Source: Pseudomonadota bacterium (GTDB taxonomy: Bacteria > Pseudomonadota > Gammaproteobacteria > Pseudomonadales > Porticoccaceae). Taken from it: a stretch of 24,000 nt of DNA. This document shows positions 7,553-13,062 of this stretch, piece after piece; the stretch's first letter is position 1; each line of letters begins with the position of its first letter. Under the pieces are notes generated by a model, which was given only the letters and a program-made list of their open reading frames with translations, searched no databases and was not told the origin of the DNA. Where the stretch lies: the NCBI GenBank assembly GCA_049325095.1, contig JBMOPO010000040.1:10341-34340 (forward strand), read 5' to 3'. Position numbers and translations under genes: made by a program.

Positions 7553-9280
7553 ATGAGTAACTTCAAGAGGCTGCCGCTTGCGGTGGCAGTGGCCATGGCC
7601 ATGGGAGCGGGTTTCAGCCACGCGGAGGTGGGGCTGGAAGACGTTCAATCCATGGACAACTATGGCAGACGCAGCCATAGCGATATCGACATCGACAAGA
7701 CCGTCGACGTCGATTACAACCTGAGCTACCACGGCCAGATCTACACCCTGGGCCTGGTGCTGGTGGATTCCAGCGCAGCTGCGTTTTCCGAGGTCAACCA
7801 GAAGGTCCACGACAACAAGCTGAGCAAGCTGGAAGTCGATGAGAACGGCGCCGTGCTGTCCACCCCGGGCAGCCTCAACACCGACAACAACGCCACCCTG
7901 AGCGGCAATGTGTTGTCCGACGCCACCGGCAACGCGGGCGTCAACGTCGCTGCCGGCGACAACAACGTGCAGCAGAACTCGGTGGCCATCGCCGAGGGCG
8001 ACTCGCTGAACAGCACCCACACCATCGACATCGACTTCAGCGCCAGCGACGACTACGTCAACAACGAGTCCGGCACCTGGACCAAGGACGTGCACTTGGG
8101 GGCCACCGCCGATACCTCCTACACCGAGACCGAGAGCGACACGCTCAACAGCTCCAGCGAGGCCCATCTGGACGTCGATCTCGATGTGGACAACGAGATC
8201 GCGGTGGAAACCCCGGACGGAGAGTACTCCGTCAGCAGTGTGGTCGGCGGTGCGGCGCTGGGTGAATTCGAAGCCGACATCGGCGGCGACGTGATGAGCT
8301 CCATGGGCGGCGAACAGGATGACCTCAACGCCCTTTCCGCCGAAGGCGAATTCGCCGCCGGCGGCCTGCTCGGCATCGAGGATGGCACCATCGACTACGG
8401 CGTCGCCGGGCGCGATGACCAGTCCTGGACCGGTTCCAAGTCGTACTCGGAAAGTGAGCACGAAGAGTTCTCCCTCGACTACAGCGAAGACGGTAGCTGG
8501 GAAGTCGTGGACGAGGAGCACTACGCGTTCAGCGCCAGCTTCGACATCAACCTGCTGTTCGGCGGCGCCGCGGAGGCGGAGACCTTCTCCGACCAGTACT
8601 CCTACAACAACGAGAACCCCTCCTCCGGCACCAACGATGCCTGGGTGGGTGACAGCGTGGGCTCGGGCTTCTCGGGCAACATCGGCGTCAACGTGGTAGC
8701 GGGCAACAACAACGCCCAGGCCAACCAGTTGGCGCTGGCCGAGAACTCCGGCGTCATGGCGCTGGCCACCGCTTCTTCGAACCAGGCCGTCTTCAACAAC
8801 CTCTCGGTGGGCCAGGGCTCGACCGAAGCCAGCGAAATGGAGATCGCCCTCACCGGCACGGCCAGCGGCACCTACGAAGGGATCGCCGACCAGCGCGGCG
8901 ACCAGTACCTGGATACCTGGGAAGAGCAGACCCATCCGGGTGGCGTCAACACCGGTCACGTCGATGTCGACAGTGCGGTGCAGGGCGCTCAGGATGATCT
9001 GGGTGACGGTGGCGCCTTCGTGTTCACCGAGCTCGGAACCATCGAGCTGGATGAGATCGAGCTGACCGCAAACCTCCCGGTGGTGGTGGTCGATCCCAAC
9101 GCCGTGGTGAACAACGCCACGCTCACGGGTGACGCCTTCAGCGAGGCGAGCGGCAACATCGCCATCAACGTGGCGGCCGGCTATGGCAACCTGCAGGGCA
9201 ACGCTCTGGCGATTGCCAGTATTCCCACGCCGGCGGTGGTTCCCCCGCCCCCGCCCGGTGGTGGTGGCGAGACGCCGTAA
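7553..9280 (+). CDS. fapC: FapC-like major functional-amyloid subunit with very long acidic linkers
   Basis: SD AAGGAG lies before ATG 7553. Signal peptide 'MSNFKRLPLAVAVAMAMGAGFSHA'. Three imperfect repeats carry the core G(V/I)NV(A/V)AGxxNxQxNxxA(I/L)A, separated by linkers of ~212 aa and ~120 aa. This three-repeat-plus-linker layout is the defining FapC architecture. Confidence 0.75.
   Translation: MSNFKRLPLAVAVAMAMGAGFSHAEVGLEDVQSMDNYGRRSHSDIDIDKTVDVDYNLSYHGQIYTLGLVLVDSSAAAFSEVNQKVHDNKLSKLEVDENGAVLSTPGSLNTDNNATLSGNVLSDATGNAGVNVAAGDNNVQQNSVAIAEGDSLNSTHTIDIDFSASDDYVNNESGTWTKDVHLGATADTSYTETESDTLNSSSEAHLDVDLDVDNEIAVETPDGEYSVSSVVGGAALGEFEADIGGDVMSSMGGEQDDLNALSAEGEFAAGGLLGIEDGTIDYGVAGRDDQSWTGSKSYSESEHEEFSLDYSEDGSWEVVDEEHYAFSASFDINLLFGGAAEAETFSDQYSYNNENPSSGTNDAWVGDSVGSGFSGNIGVNVVAGNNNAQANQLALAENSGVMALATASSNQAVFNNLSVGQGSTEASEMEIALTGTASGTYEGIADQRGDQYLDTWEEQTHPGGVNTGHVDVDSAVQGAQDDLGDGGAFVFTELGTIELDEIELTANLPVVVVDPNAVVNNATLTGDAFSEASGNIAINVAAGYGNLQGNALAIASIPTPAVVPPPPPGGGGETP
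7886..7999 (+). repeat. FapC-like amyloid repeat R1 (protein-level imperfect repeat)
   Basis: aa 112-149: NNATLSGNVLSDATGNAGVNVAAGDNNVQQNSVAIAEG. Confidence 0.7.
8636..8749 (+). repeat. FapC-like amyloid repeat R2
   Basis: aa 362-399: DAWVGDSVGSGFSGNIGVNVVAGNNNAQANQLALAENS. Confidence 0.7.
9110..9220 (+). repeat. FapC-like amyloid repeat R3
   Basis: aa 520-556: NNATLTGDAFSEASGNIAINVAAGYGNLQGNALAIAS. Confidence 0.7.
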
Positions 9281-9302
9281 GCCTGGCGTTGCTCATGCTC
9301 GG

Positions 9303-9369
9303 CCTTCCCTCCGGCGTTCCGCCGGAGTGGAAGGCACCTGTATCCGGGGGCGGGTTTCCGCCCTCGGAT
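9303..9369 (+). terminator. tandem GC-rich stem-loops after fapC-like gene (possible attenuator or mRNA-stabilising element; no U-tract)
   Basis: Hairpin 1, 9303-9334: CCTTCC/GGAAGG plus TCCGGC/GCCGGA arms with a 1x2 internal loop and a 5-nt loop. Hairpin 2, 9342-9369: ATCCGGGGGCGG / CCGCCCTCGGAT, 12 pairs including one G-U, loop GTTT. Both were paired by hand. Confidence 0.35.
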
Positions 9370-9517
9370 GCACACTTCAGAAGGTTCGCTGAGCAGGAAC
9401 GAAAAGGATTCTGGTGTGGAAAGTTCGAACCCCCACATGTGGCACGGCAAGCGGCATCGGCCCGCGGGGCCGGGCTCGGCTGCTGATCGGGCCACGACTT
9501 GCCCGGAAGGATCCGGA

Positions 9518-10285
9518 ATGAATACCTCCAACCACTCACTGCCCGTCTGGTTTTTCCGGGGGCTTTTCCGGTCGGGGTTTCGCGCCCTGCGGCTGACCCT
9601 GCTGGCGGCGATGCCAGCGATCATGATGCTGCCGGTGACTCCCGCGATTGCCGAGGGCAGCCTGCATTCGTTCTACGATCTGGGCGAGGTTCCCCAGTTC
9701 CACAAGCGCGTGGTGAGCCTGCGTGAGCGCCGCTATCAGGACATCGTCCAACAGCGCTTCGATTTCAGTTGCGGCGCCGCGGCGACCGCCGCCATCCTGC
9801 GCCATGCCTACGGCCTCGACGTCAATGAGGTGGATGTGATTCTGGGTCTCGCCCAGGTCGCGGACGAGGAACTGGCCAAGGAGAAGGGCTATTCCCTGTT
9901 GGATATCCGGCATTACGTCGAAACCCTCGGCCTGCGCGGCCGGGGCTACGAACTGCCTGCGGAGATGCTCGCCAAGCTGCGTATTCCCACCATCGCCCTG
10001 CTGGATCTGCGCGGCTACAAGCACTTCGTGGTGATCCGCAAGGTCACCGAGGACAGTGTTTACGTCGGCGATCCGGCGCTCGGCAACCGCATCATGCCCA
10101 TGAAGGACTTCATGGCGAGCTGGAACGGCTCCGTGTTCGCGATCCTGGGCCCGGGTTTCGACCGCGACACCGTGCTGAGCCGGCCGGCCCCGCCGCTGAC
10201 GGCACGCAAGTTTCTGTACGACCACACTCCGCTTACCGACAGCGAGCTGCTGGATTTCGGCTTCACCCACGCCGACCTGTTTTGA
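9518..10285 (+). CDS. fapD: FapD-like periplasmic C39-family cysteine peptidase
   Basis: Signal/anchor 'LRLTLLAAMPAIMMLPVTPAIA'. Catalytic Cys context 'QQRFDFSCGAAATAAIL'. His context 'GYKHFVVIRKV', followed by 'VYVGDPALG'. There is no fused ABC transporter domain. GGAAGGA lies 5 nt before ATG 9518; the track ORF begins at 9368. Confidence 0.8.
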   Translation: MNTSNHSLPVWFFRGLFRSGFRALRLTLLAAMPAIMMLPVTPAIAEGSLHSFYDLGEVPQFHKRVVSLRERRYQDIVQQRFDFSCGAAATAAILRHAYGLDVNEVDVILGLAQVADEELAKEKGYSLLDIRHYVETLGLRGRGYELPAEMLAKLRIPTIALLDLRGYKHFVVIRKVTEDSVYVGDPALGNRIMPMKDFMASWNGSVFAILGPGFDRDTVLSRPAPPLTARKFLYDHTPLTDSELLDFGFTHADLF

Positions 10286-10335
10286 ATCCATATTGCAAGT
10301 GCTTTCACGGAATGGATAACGAGGAGGAAAGGACC

Positions 10336-11166
10336 ATGAACGCAACCAACAGCACAGCCTGGAACGGACTGCGCAAGCCCCTGGCCGTCGCCGTCGCCGC
10401 AACTTTGCTGGCACAGGCGCCCCTGGCGGGCGCCGCCATCTTCAAGGAACTCTCCACGGCGCAACTCGCCGAGCTGCGCGGCAAGTTCGTCGTCGGCCGC
10501 CACGTGCAGTACTTCGGCATGTCCGTGACCACCAGTTGGACGAACCCCGAGGCGGTGGTCGACACCGCCTCCCATGCGCGCGCCACCGCCGGCGCGCTGG
10601 CCGCAGGTCCGGCCGCGGCTCCGGCAACCCATACCGCCAGCCTGGATCTGCAAGTCGACAATTCCGGGCACGAGACCCGGGTGTCCTACCAGGTCGGCGG
10701 TACCCTGGGCGAGCCGGTGTCCGACGTTGCGGCGCCGGACCCCAATCCGGCCCTGACCCAGATCGACGGCGCGGTGCAGGCCATTCAGGTGGCGGGCTCC
10801 GACAATGTGGTGAAGAACAACGTCGGCTACGCAGTGATCCCGGCCGGCGCCGCGCCCGTGCTGGATGATGCCCAGGTGGCGTCCGCGCTGCCCGCGGATC
10901 AGACCTTCCGGAATGGCGACATGGTCACCCAGTTCACCACCACCGGCGGTGTGGGCTTCACCATCACCTCCCAGGGCAATCAGGTCACCCAGCGCCTGGG
11001 CATGAATCCGGTCACCAACCACAATCAGTTGCTGCAGGCGGTCCGCCTGGAGGGCGACGGCCATCGCATCGTCAACGACCTGATGCTGCAGGTCGCTTTC
11101 GAGAATGCGCTGTCGCAATCGGATGGCCTGCGCTTTCGTGCCGACCGCGTCATGAATCTGCTCTGA
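10336..11166 (+). CDS. fapE: FapE-like secreted protein (position-based, carries one amyloid-repeat-like segment)
   Basis: AGGAGG SD lies before ATG 10336. Signal peptide 'LRKPLAVAVAATLLAQAPLAGA'. It occupies the fapE position between the C39 peptidase and the OM channel. The segment 'GAVQAIQVAGSDNVVKNNVGYAVI' resembles the FapB/C repeat core. Confidence 0.55.
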   Translation: MNATNSTAWNGLRKPLAVAVAATLLAQAPLAGAAIFKELSTAQLAELRGKFVVGRHVQYFGMSVTTSWTNPEAVVDTASHARATAGALAAGPAAAPATHTASLDLQVDNSGHETRVSYQVGGTLGEPVSDVAAPDPNPALTQIDGAVQAIQVAGSDNVVKNNVGYAVIPAGAAPVLDDAQVASALPADQTFRNGDMVTQFTTTGGVGFTITSQGNQVTQRLGMNPVTNHNQLLQAVRLEGDGHRIVNDLMLQVAFENALSQSDGLRFRADRVMNLL

Positions 11167-11190
11167 GATCGCGGCTTGGAGCTTGATCGC

Positions 11191-11226
11191 GCCTGCCCCG
11201 CCGGCAGCAGTGCCGGCGGGGCAGGC
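11191..11226 (+). terminator. perfect 16-bp stem / 4-nt loop hairpin between fapE-like and fapF-like genes (intra-operon attenuator or processing/stability element)
   Basis: GCCTGCCCCGCCGGCA-GCAG-TGCCGGCGGGGCAGGC, exact complementarity checked base by base. It is followed by ATTTGTT, a weak U-tract. It lies 25 nt after the fapE-like stop and 30 nt before ATG 11256. Confidence 0.45.
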
Positions 11227-11255
11227 ATTTGTTCGACATCAATGGGATCAGGGAT

Positions 11256-12527
11256 ATGAAACCAGGGAAACTCGCCACTCCAGCCGCACTGCTCGCCTCG
11301 CTCGCACTGGGTCTTCCCGCGCTGGCGCAGGAGACCGCCGCGCCGGCGGAGCAGGCCGCTGCGGGGGACATCCGCGCCGAACTGGAGCAACTCAAGCGCA
11401 TCAACGCTCAGTTGATGCGCCGGGTGCAGCTCCTGGAAAACCGCGTCGGCGCCACCCCGCCACCGCAGCGCCGGCCCGCCCTGCAGGCCCCGCCTCCGCC
11501 GCCCGGAACCGCCCAGGACGGTACCGCCCAGGCCGCCGCCCCCGGGGATACCCCGACCCGCAAGAGCCCCGGCGCCAGCCGCGGCGTCGAGGACCTGGTG
11601 CTCGAGGAACACACCCTGTTCGACCAGAAGTTCTCCGCCGAACTGGGCTTCGAGTTCGCGCACTTCGACCGCAGCCAACTGGTGTTGAACGGCTTTCTGG
11701 CGCTGGATGCGATCTTTCTCGGCGACATCAGCATCGACGAGATCGACTCGGACATCCTCACCACAAACCTGACCGGTCGCTGGACGGTGACCGACCGCCT
11801 GCAACTCAATCTGAATGTGCCCTTCGTGTATCGCGAGACCACCACCCGATCCGGCGGGCAGGAGTTGTCGTCGATACTCGAATCCGAGAAGAAGGTCGAC
11901 GACAGCGACCTGGGCGATATCACCCTGGGCGTCAGCTACCGCCTGTTTCCGGAGACCCCGACCCGGCCCGACATCGTCTGGAACACCAGTGTCATCGCGC
12001 CCACCGGCCGCGACCCCTACGGCATCGACTTTCTGGAAGACCCGCTCAACACCAATCTGGAGTTTCCGGAGGAACTGCCCACCGGCAGCGGCCTGTGGGG
12101 CGTGCAGACCGGGCTGTCTTTCCTGAAGACCCTGGATCCCGCGATTCTGTTCGGCAGCATCTCCTGGCGGCACTACTTCGAGGACAGCTTCAACGACCTG
12201 GGCAGCGATCCGGAGGCGTTGCCGTCCCCCGGCGACGTACAGCTCGGCGACCAGTACCAGTTTTCGCTGGGGATCGCCTTCGCGCTCAACGAGCGCACCA
12301 GTCTCAGCACCTCGTTCACCCAGCGCTTCATCGACGACACCGAGATCACCCGGCCGGGATTCGGCACCCAGACGGTGGTCGGTTCGGACACCACCACGGG
12401 CACCTTCGACATCGGCGTGACCTATGCGATGACCGACCGCCTGTCGGTGGTGAGCAATCTGGGGATGGGGCTGACCAACGATGCGTCCGATTACACATTC
12501 GCGCTCAAGTTTCCCTATCGGTTCTGA
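11256..12527 (+). CDS. fapF: FapF-like outer-membrane amyloid secretion channel (coiled coil + Pro-rich linker + beta-barrel)
   Basis: Signal peptide 'MKPGKLATPAALLASLALGLPALA'. Heptad-like 'DIRAELEQLKRINAQLMRRVQLLENRV'. Pro-rich linker 'ATPPPQRRPALQAPPPPPG'. The rest shows alternating-pattern beta-strands and ends in the OMP signature 'FPYRF'. This matches the known FapF domain order. Confidence 0.75.
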   Translation: MKPGKLATPAALLASLALGLPALAQETAAPAEQAAAGDIRAELEQLKRINAQLMRRVQLLENRVGATPPPQRRPALQAPPPPPGTAQDGTAQAAAPGDTPTRKSPGASRGVEDLVLEEHTLFDQKFSAELGFEFAHFDRSQLVLNGFLALDAIFLGDISIDEIDSDILTTNLTGRWTVTDRLQLNLNVPFVYRETTTRSGGQELSSILESEKKVDDSDLGDITLGVSYRLFPETPTRPDIVWNTSVIAPTGRDPYGIDFLEDPLNTNLEFPEELPTGSGLWGVQTGLSFLKTLDPAILFGSISWRHYFEDSFNDLGSDPEALPSPGDVQLGDQYQFSLGIAFALNERTSLSTSFTQRFIDDTEITRPGFGTQTVVGSDTTTGTFDIGVTYAMTDRLSVVSNLGMGLTNDASDYTFALKFPYRF

Positions 12528-12645
12528 TCGATGCAGCGACCTGCCGCCGGTTGCCGAACGGGGTGCGGGCTGCGAGCGGAAGTTCCCCGTCGCAGCCTCG
12601 CGGGGCGGGCGGCGGCCCGGGTGATGACTGACCAAGGAGGAGAAG

Positions 12646-13062
12646 ATGGAAGTCCACAAAGTGCTGGGTTTGTTGTTCCGGGTCTGCTGTCTGGTGGCGG
12701 CGATGAGCGCCGTGGCGGCGCCGGAGCAGCAGGTGACGGTCGATCTGGAGGCCCTGCAGCGCAACGCCCAGGCCGGCGATCGGGTGGCGCAGTACAACCT
12801 GGGCGTGGTCCACGAAACCGGGCGATTCGGCGTGCCCATGGACAAGGCCGAAGCGGCACGCTGGTACCGCAAGTCCGCCGAGCAGGGTTACGAGAATGCC
12901 CAGTACAACCTGGGGGTGCTGTATCTGCGCGGTGAGGGTGTGGAGCAGGATCGCGCGGCCGCGCTGCACTGGCTCGGCCTTGCCGCCGAGCAGCTCAACC
13001 CCGCGGCGATTGCTGCCCTGGAGAAACTGGGGGTCGAGAAACCCGATCCCGCCGGGCAATGA
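12646..13062 (+). CDS. periplasmic Sel1-like (SLR/TPR-family) repeat protein
   Basis: Strong SD AAGGAGGAG lies before ATG 12646. Signal peptide 'LLFRVCCLVAAMSAVAA'. Two clear Sel1 repeats: 'GDRVAQYNLGVVHETGRFGVPMDKAEAARWYRKSAEQG' and 'YENAQYNLGVLYLRGEGVEQDRAAALHWLGLAAEQ'. Confidence 0.8.
   Translation: MEVHKVLGLLFRVCCLVAAMSAVAAPEQQVTVDLEALQRNAQAGDRVAQYNLGVVHETGRFGVPMDKAEAARWYRKSAEQGYENAQYNLGVLYLRGEGVEQDRAAALHWLGLAAEQLNPAAIAALEKLGVEKPDPAGQ

Noticed and set aside
6584-9280. Curli (CsgB/CsgA) interpretation of the N/Q/G-rich repeat proteins.
   Set aside because: The repeat core differs from the curli S-x5-Q-x-G-x-G-N-x-A-x3-Q unit and occurs three times with long linkers. The neighbours are a C39 peptidase and a coiled-coil OM barrel (Fap logic), not CsgG/E/F-type genes.
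9440-9456. A perfect -24-like TGGCACG in the fapC-fapD gap, considered as a second sigma-54 promoter for the fapDEF part.
   Set aside because: The downstream GC dinucleotides lie 8 or 11 nt after the GG, not the required 10. There is no TTGC-like -12 element (the sequence reads TGGCACGGCAAGCGGCA).
9289-9486. A 65-aa ORF in the fapC-fapD gap as a possible small accessory protein.
   Set aside because: It has no SD and no signal peptide, and it overlaps the two stem-loops. Its composition is unremarkable. It could only be rescued by conservation or ribosome-profiling data.
9518-10285. The C39 peptidase as part of a bacteriocin/RTX-type ABC exporter.
   Set aside because: It is a 255-aa stand-alone protein with its own signal/anchor sequence. 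No fused or adjacent ABC transporter TMD/NBD and no double-glycine leader peptide gene are present.
4269-13062. Whether the regulator-fap block is a mobile genomic island.
   Set aside because: I could recognise no integrase, transposase, tRNA/tmRNA target, flanking direct repeats or phage genes. Only local AT-richer patches are present. Horizontal origin cannot be supported from this window.
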